Below are positions 37,579 through 48,680 of a stretch of 64,000 nt of DNA, in pieces. Numbering within the stretch: the first letter of the stretch is position 1; each line of letters begins with the position of its first letter. Source of the stretch: Yuukianura sp. NJ FZ-2021 (Eukaryota); assembly GCA_046563655.1 (NCBI GenBank), contig CM102285.1, positions 6,696,001 through 6,760,000 of the forward strand, written 5' to 3'. Below the pieces are notes generated by a model. It saw nothing but the letters and a program-made list of their open reading frames with translations, was not told where the DNA came from and ran no database searches. A program made the translations under genes and the position numbers.

Positions 37579-40500
37579 TCATTTGAACTGATTTAGTGCC
37601 ATCTTTGTCCTAAAAAGTACAACAAAGTTGTGAAATAAAGGTAAGTTTGGGGTCTCATGGCCATGTAAACAGGATATATGCTACTACCGATCGAATAGGT
37701 TTTGGTCGTCTGTCATTATGAAATTGTGCAACAGGCCCCAAATTCCTATTTCTCGCAATTTCGCTTGACGCTCGCTCGAACCTTCAGCTTCCTTCCAGGC
37801 CAAATTCGAAACACACCATACGGCGGCGGCTTGCAACTTGCGGTTTCCACTGCCATTCTAGTGGAAAAACAATGCACAACGCTTTAAAAAGGTAAACAAA
37901 ACAGCATTTATAAATTTAACTCTCTTGCTCTAGCAAAAAAAAAATCGGGTACCACAAATACGCAGAGTTAAGTGCATTAACACCAACTTTATATGGGAAT
38001 TTCGAGTTATTAAGCAAATGTTGGCATGAAAAGTGTACTTATAAAAAAACTCCGAAGTTCACCGCTTTGTATGAATTACTTGTTCCACACTTGTGCGATA
38101 AAACTGCCGACAACAGGAAAATTTCCTCTGAAAAGCGTGTGCATTCCTGCTCATAGAGTAACCATGACGATTCGATTTTTTTTTCAACTAGAGTGGATAT
38201 AAGGCATTTTCTCAACAAAATTTTTGAAACATTTCCAAAGCGAAGAAAAAACCGTTTTCATCTCAAGTTTAAGCCAGGTTCACACAAACCATGAATTGCA
38301 GGTACCATTTTACCATTACCATTAACTACTTAAAACTATTTAGAATTAAGTGAGATTTTATTTCACAAGAGAGTTTAAATTCGCGAATCGGAAATACTGC
38401 GGATCTAACATTACTGACCTCTGAAAATTACAGTTTTGTTACAAGTGTTACGAATACGTAATGGCCCTATCTTAGAAACCACGCTATCCCTCTTTCTCCC
38501 TCCTCTTATACCGCCAGCTTCCAACTAGTGGAGGGAAGGCGAGAGGAGAAATTGTCAAAACTCAACTCAATGTAAGAGTTTTGCACATTACTCGAAGTTT
38601 TACGGTAACCGTGGGAGGAGAGAAATGAGAAGAGCCAATCAGAGGAGTTTCTAAGATAAGGCCATTACTGTAGTAGTTGGGTTTAGCTTAATGGTTTCCT
38701 GTTTGGCTATGTAATGAAACCTCATCTTACATTATTGTCTAATGACCAAGGGAAGCAAAGTAAGCACGTGTAAGACTCAAAAGTGTGTTCATCCATGCTG
38801 ATCATCATCAATTCTCCGAAGATGTCCCCTTGCTGAAGAGTTTGGAGGGTGACAAAGTTAAGCATTAGTAATTAGAATTAGGAAATAAGTAGTAACTTTA
38901 ATTTAACTTTATCGAAAGCAATTTTAGCAGGAGGACGAATTGTTGGGTTGCTGTCACCTCTTCTAGGCATACGTTGTATCACCAGTATCACCAGTTGTTT
39001 CTAGTCACCAGTTGTATCGTTGGGCAAATATTTTGTCTCAAAACCCTTGCTTTTCGCAATTTTATTCATAATTTTAGAAATTTTGAAGATTGAAAATCTA
39101 AATTTCATTTTTTGTGTGAACCTTGCTTAAACTTCGGATGAAAGCGGTTTTTTACCTCTTTTAACCTCTTATAATTTGTCTCAAAAATTTTGTTGAAAAA
39201 ATGCCTTATGTCCACTCTAGTTAAAAGAAAAAAAATCGCATCGTCGTGTTAACTCTATGTTCCTGCTTATAATGGGAGTGCGCCATTTCATCGAATGAAT
39301 TACAACAAAGTGAATTACTCCGAAACCAATTACAACGAAATTTAAATGATCGCCTAAGACGCATCAACTACAGGGAAACAAGGAAAATATAAGCGAATTC
39401 ACTGAATGAAACCGTATGTTCTAAATATAATGGGTTCCTGTATATAGGTATGACGGTCTATACTGTTGCATTCGGTAAATGCACTTCCTATGGAACACCA
39501 GCGCCAAAGGCGCGGTTATTAACTGGAAAATAAAAATTAGAAGTCTTCCGTAAGATTCGGTTAAGTTTCTCTTTCGTTCTAACTTTTGCGGTGATTCAAA
39601 TTTCGTGGTAATTCAACTTCCCTTGTAATTGGTTTCTTGGAAATTCATTGTGGGAAATTCGCTTCGTTGTAATTCATTCGATGAAATTGGCAACTCCTAG
39701 CGAAAACTCGCGAAGCTTGTATAATTGAGATAAATATCTCAGTTAACTCAGTTTTTTACGCTGATTCCGAATCTGCAATCGGTTTTGACCGCTCTCGTCG
39801 CTTTCTATTTTATTTTTATTTTTGAATAATTAAAATAATCCGCGTTTCAGACTTTTAGGGTCCCCATATCTGAATGGCAAATACGAGTTGACATAGTAAA
39901 TAGCGGCTTAGTATCGCTTTCGTTCCGAATTTCGAGAAGACAGGTTAGACTACCTTACCTAGGCTAAACTACTTTACAACCTAAATTTAGACAATACGAA
40001 CCTACAGACGTAGTCCCTATTGCGTACTTTAACCAAACCTAACGCCGCGCCTTCGGCGCGGCAACACAAGCTAATCCACCTGAGAGTCAATCATTCGATT
40101 GAATTCGTTGATTCAGCGTCCGGTGCTCAGACGAACACGATCGAATCCAGTTGGCGACACGCAAAAAGGTTCATGCCACACTGCAACCGCCGGAAGAAAA
40201 ACTATCCTGGATATTTGGCGCACTACATGTTTATGAAGTGGTGTAAATCGAAAAAAATAGAAAACGACGAGAGCGGTAAAAACCGATTGCAGATTCGGAA
40301 TCAGCGTTAAAAACTGAGTTAAGTGAGATATTTATCTCAATTATACAAGCTTCGCGAGTTTCCGGTAGGAGTTCCTTCGTTTCCTCTTCACTTCCACTTT
40401 CACTCGCTCTTATTTTGAGTTTCACTTTCTCCTCACTTCGTCGTCACTTTTCCTTCACTTTTTCAGTTGAACCGAAGTCAACTTTTCTCAAAGTGACGAC

Positions 40501-43500
40501 GGAGTGAAAATGAAAGTGAAGTGATGTTGTAGTGAAACTGTATGCCTAATTTATACCTGGTATAAACCAGGCGTTACAGAGAAACTAAGTACAGAGAGTT
40601 AGACGTCAAAGTGGCTCCCACTATTATGGTTCGATTGAGTTGATTTGATATAACACAGTTTTTACCAAGTAGTTGATCAGCTTCTTGAGTACATCCTCGT
40701 TCATCATTATAAATTCCTTCGATGTACTTCCGTCGGCAATATTAGCGAGCATGCACAGCGCTTGTTCCTTTACATCAGCTCCATAGTCACTTTCCAATGT
40801 TAAAATTGCCGCCTAATCATGTATAAATGAAATAAAATAACATCAGCACTAAATGATTAGACATGGTGTTATTTAGAGGAGAATGAAGATGAAACTATGC
40901 ATTAACCTGCATTATTTCTGTTCCGTACAAGTCCATGATGTGGTCGATATGTTTAGGCGTTGTTAGCAAATTTCGCAGAAGTCCGAGTGTTTTCATTACA
41001 ACTGTTACGTCTGAATCGGACAGAAGGCGGAATAGCTGATCCTTTCCTATGTCTCGTAGTGACTTTAAAATCTCTGTCTTCAGACTTTCATCTGCTTGGA
41101 ATGCTACATTCTACAAATCATATTCAAAGGGATACAAATGTTGCACATGCTTCAACTGGTGATATTAAATCGTACCATCAACGCCCATATCCCATTAATT
41201 CTGAGTTGGTTATCAGGATGCCTAGTCAGTTCTGAAAACTTCTCCAGTGCTCCTTCGTTTAACACATGCTCTTTCGCTGGCGAAAATTCCAAAATTAAGT
41301 TGCAGACTGTAGATGAAACGACATTCAGAATTTCATCATTTGAGCTTTGAAGTAGCTTCATCAATGGCTTCCACACGCTATGATCCTGTATTCGCCAAGC
41401 AACAAATATTTTTTTTTAAAAACATAATATATTAAAACAAAAATTTTAAAGTACTATCTATTAAGTAAGTGCCTTATGTGTTGTTTCGTTGCAGAAGTAA
41501 AATTAAAATCTACAAAACTAGCAGACTTGCCCTTGAAAGTGTTATTACCGTAGAAAGTTTCTATTGAAAAAACCTGCTTAGATTATGGCATGGAAAGGAA
41601 TCAATCCATGAAAATGCTTTACAAACTTTCAGTAAAAAATACGCTTCATGTAAGAGTAATTTTCTTGAGATACAAAATGCTAGCGTCCATTACGGTTGTA
41701 ATGTTTTTGAGTAAGTTTTCGTGAAATGTGTAGATTTTTTGAAAAGTTACACACATAACCATTCTTTAAAATTGACGAAACTTTGATAATGGATTAATGG
41801 TACTATGAAGGGACAATTTCTTTGTAAAAAATGGTGACCATAGCAGCGTTGACCGCTGAAGGGTTATGCGGGTCAAAGTCGCCATTTTGGAAAACTTGCC
41901 CGCTACGTATCTCCGAAATGGCTCAACCGATTTGGTCATCTTTGGGTTATCTTAAGTCTTATCTTAAGTATTTTGGTCATCTAAGGAATTCTTTTGGTAC
42001 TAAGATGAGCCAAATCGCTTGAGCCGTATCGGAGATACGTGGGCATAGGGGGCAAGATATAAAAATGGCAATTTGGCCGCACAAAGCTCGACAAAGGTCA
42101 ACACTATGTCATTTTTTAGCGAATTTTGTTTTTAATTGTGGGTACCTACTTCAAAATTGAAAAATTTGAAAAAGGTAAAAAAAATGGTGATGGTTTTGGT
42201 CATTTACACATTTCACGACACGAACAGTCACTTTATTATGAATTCAGAACAAATGCTCTCACCCTCACCTTGAACGTAGTACGAAGTAGGTGAACAGATC
42301 GTGACAATGAGTGAAGACAATGCACAGCTCCCAGTAACACAGATTCGTTCGAATCGTCAAGCGCCGCCACAAGGCGATCCATTAGGTGCTCTCGCTCTAT
42401 AATTCTTTTTCGAATTCCTTCATCATTCGCTCCCAATGCACCAAAAGCCTAGAAATGAAGAAAGCTCAATTGAATCTCAACCCGCTAGAGACTTCAACAA
42501 ATATACAAAATACTCGGTACACCGAGACGACGATCGGACTAAAATTCCGACTGTTTAGCTCCATTTAACACAAAGAAAAATGTTTTAACAATGTCAATCG
42601 CAATACTATCACCATGAATAATAATAATAATAATAATACTTAGTTGGCGTAATTTAGAAAACCAAAATTTCGCGTGATTTTCGATTTTATATGAATAGTT
42701 AGCTGTAATTTCGAATTGCACGTAGATGGCGTATACTCGCGTTTCAGTTTCATCGTTCTAACATATGAATAATTAATTACGAAAACTTTGTACTCACCCT
42801 AAATGCGGCATACACCAAATTAGGAGAAGGCGGAGCGTTTAAGGATTTGAAAAGCAGTGTTGAATTTTGTGATTTTAAGAAATCAGCCAAAGTTGGAATG
42901 AGATGGTTTGAATCCGCTGCTATCCTGCGGAACATCAAAACAGTAGGAAAAACGTATTGTAATTTGTAGCTAACATTTCTCGTAACATGCAATTGATGTC
43001 GTAAAAATCACACAGTAAGTATTTAGTATAATGTAAAAAATTTCCAGCGGTTACTGAGACTTAATACAAAAAACGTAAGCAGATACAATGAGAATTAAGA
43101 ATCAAACCTACGATTGCAACTCAGTATTGAGCTCAATGAGATAAGCCAGAGTTTCGGCCGCTCCAGCTCTAATTTCCTGATCATGCTCTTTGGCACACAA
43201 ACGCACAAGAGTGGGAAGTGCTTTCATGAGAACTCGGGGATCATCTGAGGCAAGGGCATTGCTTCGATGGAGATGCGTCAGAGTCCTGGCAACATTCAGT
43301 TGCAGTTCGACAGGACGATCCCTCGCCATGAGCCTAAGCAGTAAATCCGGAATACTTCGTTCCTCCCATCGTGTCTTTACTATAACAGCCGAGACTTGCT
43401 CGTTCTTGTGCGCCAAGGCAGATAAACATCCGACGGCCGGCATTTGAACTTTGAGGTATGATGACGTCAACAGAGCAGCCAAGTGGCGGATGACGTCGTA

Positions 43501-46500
43501 TTCCATTAACGCATCTTGTTGGTTGCGATTCTATACAATCAACAAATCAACCCTGAGCGTTAGGCTAAATTCGTGAACCAACATGATTTAGTACAACATA
43601 CTGCGTCTGTAAATTAACATTAAAGAGACGTAAAACCATCACACCTTGCAAGAATGACTGAGGATGGTAGAGACAGAGATTTGATTGGAGATTGAATGAG
43701 GACCCATGAGACCCAGTAGGTGCGGAATAAGTCCAGGGGTAGCAAAAAGTACTTCGGTTGGAGCGAAGTCGTGCCGAAATATTGTTGTTAGGCAACTGAG
43801 ACTGTACGAAATCAATTTTTCATCCGAACCCTCCAATACTGAAATAAAATTAAAAAATTAAATTAAAATTAAAAATGTATTACTGGTATACTTTGTATGA
43901 CTTGGTAACGCCGAAGGTCACCAACAAACACGAAAACTTCCCATCACATTTCTCATCATTTCTCAAGGTCTGTTGTTAGCTCCGGAGCAAAGCAAATGAA
44001 GAAGGCCAAATCATCTACTTATATAAAATCGAGACCCTGTTTATCTGTGTGTGTGTGTGTGTGTCCTGCTACTCCTCCGAAACTACTGGACCAATTTGGA
44101 CAAATGAGGTGTCCTTTTCTTCCTAAGGTCACCCCGAAGAGCATAGGCTATGTGACATCTTGACCTGTGACCTTTGACCCTTGACCTAGCGCAATGACCT
44201 CACAAAATCGTACCAAACACAGGCAAGTGACATGTCGTTCGAAAGCAGAGGCCAAATGCAGTCGATTGATGTATGACACATTGACCTGTGACCTTTGACC
44301 TTTGACCCAGACCGGTGACTTGACATAGAATTAAGCCGAACATAGGCATGTGATATATCATTCGAACGGGGAGGCTGAAAGAAGTTGATTGACGTATGAC
44401 ACGATGATGTATGACCTTTGACCCTTGACCCAGAGCGATGACCCCACATAGAATTAAACCACACCCAGAAATGCAATATATCATTCGAAAGGGGATGTCC
44501 AGTGGAGTGGATTTATGTATGACATGATGACCTGTGACTTCTAACCCTTGACTTAGCTCGGTGACCTCACAAGAAATAATCCAAGCATAGGCATCTACTT
44601 ATATAAAATCGAGGCCCTGCTTATCTGCGTGTCCTGCGACTCCTCTGAATTTACTGGACCGATTTGGGCAAACGAGGTGTCACTTTCTTCGCGAGATCAC
44701 CCCGAAGATTACAGGCTACGTGACATCCTGAACTGTGACATTTGACCCTTGACCTAGCGCGATGACCGCACAAAATCGTACTAAACATACCCAAGTTACA
44801 TGACATTCAAAGCAGAAATGCAGTAGAATGACGTATGACACATTGACCTGTGATCTATGACCCTTGACCCAGAGCGGTGACCTCACATAGAATTAAGCTG
44901 AACATAGGCATGCGTACGTTGTTCGAAAAAGGAGGGTCAAAGTCAAATGCAGTCGATTGATATATGAGATTGATCTGTGACCTTTGATCTATGGCGATGA
45001 CCCCATAAGAAGTACATACAAGCATGCCTGTGATATATCATTCGAAAGAGGCGGTCAAATGGACTCGGTTGACGTATGGCGCGTTAATTCTGTGACTTTT
45101 GGCACCAAAAAGAATTAAGTTCCACAGTAAATTGTTGTCTCTACATGTTAAACATTAATTGGATGGACGGGTAGTTTTAAGGGATTTCCGCCTGGGCAAA
45201 GCGTAGGCCGTAGGGTAGGATAATTTTCATAAAAATAGTCCAAGCGGGTCAGCATGTGTCTCGAGTGGGTAGCGGGTTCCCATAAGTGATACGTTTTTCT
45301 ATGTGTGTTCGTATACACTACCTCAAAAGCTAGCCCCGCTTTCACAAGCGGGTATCATACCTTGTCTAATCATAAGCTCCACCAGAGCAAAGCTAGACGT
45401 TCGTACTTTCAATTTAGAGATTCAGAAAATGTTCAAACGAACCACAACTCGACAACATAATTCGGAGTGATCCACAGACTGTTGGTCTAACAAATCAATC
45501 ATGGATGAAATGAGAAGGAGAAGCACGAGCTATGTTCCACCAAGTTCGAAGAACTTTTATATTAACTTTGACGCCTAAATCGCCAGTCGAGCTGTGCAAA
45601 TCATTTGTAGAGCCAACAATGGGGACAGGAATTCCAAATTACTTTATGCCTGTTATCAACAAACGACGTTCTGAACAACCAAATCTTAAAAAAGATTGTA
45701 AGTACTAAAAAGAAGAAGCAGATCTAATGCTGTCACATTTAAAATCGTGTGAATCTTATCCGATCTTCCAATCTAATTGGGTTTCTTTGGCCTTTCTTTA
45801 TGCAACAGTGACTCCCTCCGAGTTTTCTATATTTTCGGTGTCTCTCAACCTAGAAGAGTTACAAGTTCGAGGACGAAGTGCCAAAAAGTAAAAAATCAGG
45901 GAGAAATTGAATTGGATATTACTGCACTGGAACTGGATCGTTACAATGATGAAGTACGAATATATCGAAAAATACTCATCGATGAGTGCCGGAATTTGCC
46001 TTCGACGTAAATATTCCAATAGTAAAGTCCCTGACACTAACCTAACCTAACATATATTGCGTTCCTCAGGCCAACTGTGGATACAAATTTGGAAGTTTTG
46101 GAAGAAGCTTTTATGAAACTAATGTCGAAATGCCTACTATGGAACGGCAAAGTCTCAGCGACTAGCCGAAGGAGCCATACCTCTTCTGGTCTGGCTTTTG
46201 AACCGAAAACACTTCCAGGAACAGTTCCACATAAATCTCCTAAAAAGTCTCACTGAAATGTGCTGGACATCGGTTGGACTTAAAGACAAGGTTAGACTCG
46301 TGATAAACTAAACAACGACGAAAACAAATACATCAATTCTTTACATTCATTTTAACAATTAACTTGAGTTAAATACCTTGGATACGTTCTTTAAGTTTAA
46401 CAAATCGCATGGAACCAAAGTACTTTACCAGCATATGATCCAGGTGGACGTGAAGAAAAGATTGGCTTGTTGGCGTGTGTATGCAATGGCTATGATTTCA

Positions 46501-47704
46501 TGTGGATCCGCAGATATGATAATTGGCGTTAATTTATACCTAACGTCTAAAGTTTAATTTTTACTTGTCACAATAAAACCAAAATCCGTCTAAACTGCAA
46601 TGACCTCTGACTTAATACCTTGCAGGCAAGAAAAATCAAACGGTTGGAGGAGATCGTGGCAGAAATGTCTTTCGAGTATTACTGGTAGGACTGGCCTGTC
46701 AATTTTGGAATGGTTCTCCAGGGATTACTCTACGGACCAAACTCAGTTGCCCCAACCGTAGAACTCTTCCAGTTCCAATAGCCGAAGCAATCAAATGACT
46801 CACATAATGTCTCCATAGTTTTAGTTTTACCCTTTGGTCAGCAAACTCAATTCAATGCAAACCTAGTACAAAAGTTAAATGTTGTCACTTACCAGCAATA
46901 AGTTTTGGAATCGCGTTTGAACCCACCACCAACCTTACACTATCGGGAGTTCCTTTGACTAGTGAGCCAAGAGTAATGCATGCATCTTGCCTAACATTAC
47001 TTGGCAGGCTGACATCTCCAAGCAAGTTAAGAACTTGGGGTAGGATTCCTTCCGACAACGCTTGTGTCTTCTGCCGATTGCTCCCAATTATTGTATTCTT
47101 TAACTTTCTGCAACGATATGATACAAATGAATAAATAAATTGCATATAATAACAAAACAAAACAAAGTACTGGATGTCGACATACGCCAATGCTGGTTCC
47201 AGCTTACAAATCCTGTCAGGGCTAGAGCCGGTAGCATACAAGTCTGTGATGTAGGAAGGTGGTTGATAGCCCTGTCAGAGGAGGAACACAAATTAAAAAT
47301 TTGCCTTCTAAATAAAAGGGATGCGTCGACCACCCTTTCCTAAGAAAGAAGGTGCGAAATTATACAGCCCTGTTCAAACCGATTAAAATATGCGAGTGTT
47401 TTCTTATCAGTTGATTTGGCCACGCAGGTAACCGTTATATGGTAAGTAAATGGTAGGTCGTAGGTATACTAAATAAGTACTATGTACTTTGATAATTCCC
47501 TCTGAACTTTAGGGAATAATAACTTTCACCCTGCGTCCTTTACGGTCCAATCATCGTTTGCTAACAGCCTTTTAACTTATTGTCTACCATAAGAACCGAT
47601 TTCATTTAAATTTACAGTTCGCAAGTCCGAACCTGATTAGCGGTATGATTCTGAATTTGAATATCTCCATCTTTGCCAAATGTGTCCATCATTCCAAAAA
47701 TCAT
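37579..47704 (-). CDS. ARMC8: Armadillo repeat-containing protein 8 (CTLH/GID complex subunit), 12 coding exons
   Basis: Manually spliced GT-AG exons: 47704-47633, 47271-47186, 47107-46893, 43838-43645, 43530-43112, 42924-42798, 42448-42269, 41385-41176, 41110-40907, 40812-40666, 37857-37688, 37609-37579. Peptides [76 protein letters not shown] and [10 protein letters not shown] match ARMC8 as I recall it. Exon 1 is the least certain. Confidence 0.92.
38152..39259. mobile_element. Non-autonomous TIR element with ~135 bp imperfect TIRs and 8 bp TSD (P- or hAT-superfamily-like) in ARMC8 intron 10
   Basis: Ends catagag.../...ctctatg. Inverted similarity between 38152-38288 and 39111-39259. Direct repeat ttcctgct at 38144-38151 and 39260-39267. 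Confidence 0.88.
38457..38670. mobile_element. Tc1/mariner-type MITE nested in the 8 bp-TSD element
   Basis: TIRs c(a)gtaatggccctatcttagaaac / gtttctaagataaggccattactg, flanked by TA on both sides (38455-38456, 38671-38672). Confidence 0.75.
39274..39697. mobile_element. MITE-like element with ~45 bp imperfect TIRs and internal degenerate aattacaac repeats
   Basis: ggagtgcgccatttcatcgaatgaattacaac versus gttgtaattcattcgatgaaattggcaactcc. No TSD identified. Confidence 0.65.
39692..40372 (+). mobile_element. Merlin (IS1595/IS1016-like) DNA transposon deletion derivative
   Basis: ~120 bp TIRs (39692-39811 versus 40254-40372) enclosing a transposase C-terminal fragment. Exact termini and TSD are unresolved. 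Confidence 0.8.
40074..40250 (+). pseudogene. Merlin/ISXO2-like DDE transposase C-terminal fragment
   Basis: [30 protein letters not shown]...YLAHYMF matches the VNHS..FVD...G.HTNTIE..W...K signature of IS1595/Merlin transposases. Confidence 0.82.
41719..42217. mobile_element. Probable non-autonomous element with terminal and internal inverted repeats in ARMC8 intron 7
   Basis: tcgtgaaatgtgta / tacacatttcacga at the ends. Internal inverted repeat acgtatctccgaaatggctcaaccgatttgg / ccaaatcgcttgagccgtatcggagatacgt. Confidence 0.5.
44014..45364 (+). mobile_element. Non-autonomous Helitron-like element with a duplicated 5' end and internal ~120-130 bp repeats
   Basis: Starts A|TCTACTTATATAAAATC followed by a (GT)n microsatellite. 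Ends with hairpin cccgctt-tcac-aagcggg and then CTTG|T. Inserted between A and T with no TSD. A second copy of the 5' end starts at 44594. Confidence 0.75.
45530..46780 (+). pseudogene. Possible degenerate spliced gene nested antisense in ARMC8 intron 3, with one ARM-repeat-like peptide
   Basis: Plus-strand exon-like open frames with intron signals (gtaagt near 45698; gtaaat 46007 ... ctaac ... cctcag 46069; gttag near 46291; ttgcag near 46625). Peptide [13 protein letters not shown]...LLKSLTEMC. Requires a frameshift and contains an in-frame TAG. Confidence 0.35.
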
Positions 47705-48019
47705 TGTTCTGTTTACTTGCTGAACTACTACACCCCTCGTCGTCTTTTTAGAAATAGTAAAAAGAAATGAAGTCAACGTTCACTGTTTAAAATAAGTTTT
47801 TGTTTTGCCAAGAAAACAAGAGTTAAGAGTACGAAGTTCCCTGATTTCAACCCACCACACACAACACAACACGGGACTAACCAAATGTGTGAATTCTCTG
47901 AACTTTCAGACACGAGGGCGCGATCGCGCGGTAGCAATGGTAGACTGTACTAGTTGAACAGCAAGCAAGGCAGCAATACCTGAGAGGGATCCTGTAGGTA
48001 GGCCTTTATTTGTAGCTCA

Positions 48020-48418
48020 GGGCATTGACTTTTAACACACAAAATCAAAAAATTTAGATGTAACATTCGGGCATGGACTTTTAACACACAAAATCAAAAA
48101 ATTTAGATGTAACCTCCAGGCATAGACTTTTAACACACAAAATCAAAAATTCAAATCGTCACCTCCGGGCATTACCTTTTAACACACAAAATCAAAAAAA
48201 TTCAATGTAACATTCGGGCATGGACTTTTAACACGCAAAATCAAAACAGATTAAATGTAACCTCCGGCCATGGACCTTTAACACACAAAATCAAGAAATC
48301 TAAATGTAACATCCGGGTGTGGGTTTTGAACACAAATTCAAAAATTCAAATTGTAACCTCCGGGCATTACATTTTAACACACGAAATTAAAAAATGTAAA
48401 TGTAACCTACGGCATGTA
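48020..48418 (+). repeat. Minisatellite, ~49 bp unit, about 8 copies, between divergent ARMC8 and GLG1
   Basis: Repeated gggcat(g/t)gacttttaacacacaaaatcaaaaaatttagatgtaac(a/c)t(t/c)c. Possibly enclosed by short TIRs gagggatcctg (47984) and caggtatccctc (ending 48605). Confidence 0.9.
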
Positions 48419-48680
48419 CTGTTGTTTTACTGGCAATCCGCCCAGCCTGAAAAAGTAATGAAAGCGCCTGAAAATGGGCTTTTGGGATTCGCATTCGGAG
48501 GAGTCCTAAAGTCCTAAACTAAAATTCAGACGAATCAGAAGTTTAAGAGGGTGCAGAAGGTGAGAGTCAGAATTATCAGGGGATTCCGAGGATCAGGTAT
48601 CCCTCGGTAATTATCAATCACAGATTCACAGAAGGAGCGTCAGCTGTTGCGTTATGTTGGTGCTGTAAACTTTCCTTAGA

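Noticed and set aside
44186..45345. ORFs in the Helitron-like element
   Set aside because: Repeat-derived translations with no Rep or helicase motifs.
46031..46052. ctaacctaacctaac as an insect telomeric (TTAGG)n remnant
   Set aside because: Only about three units, and better explained as a branch-point region of a putative intron or a low-complexity motif.
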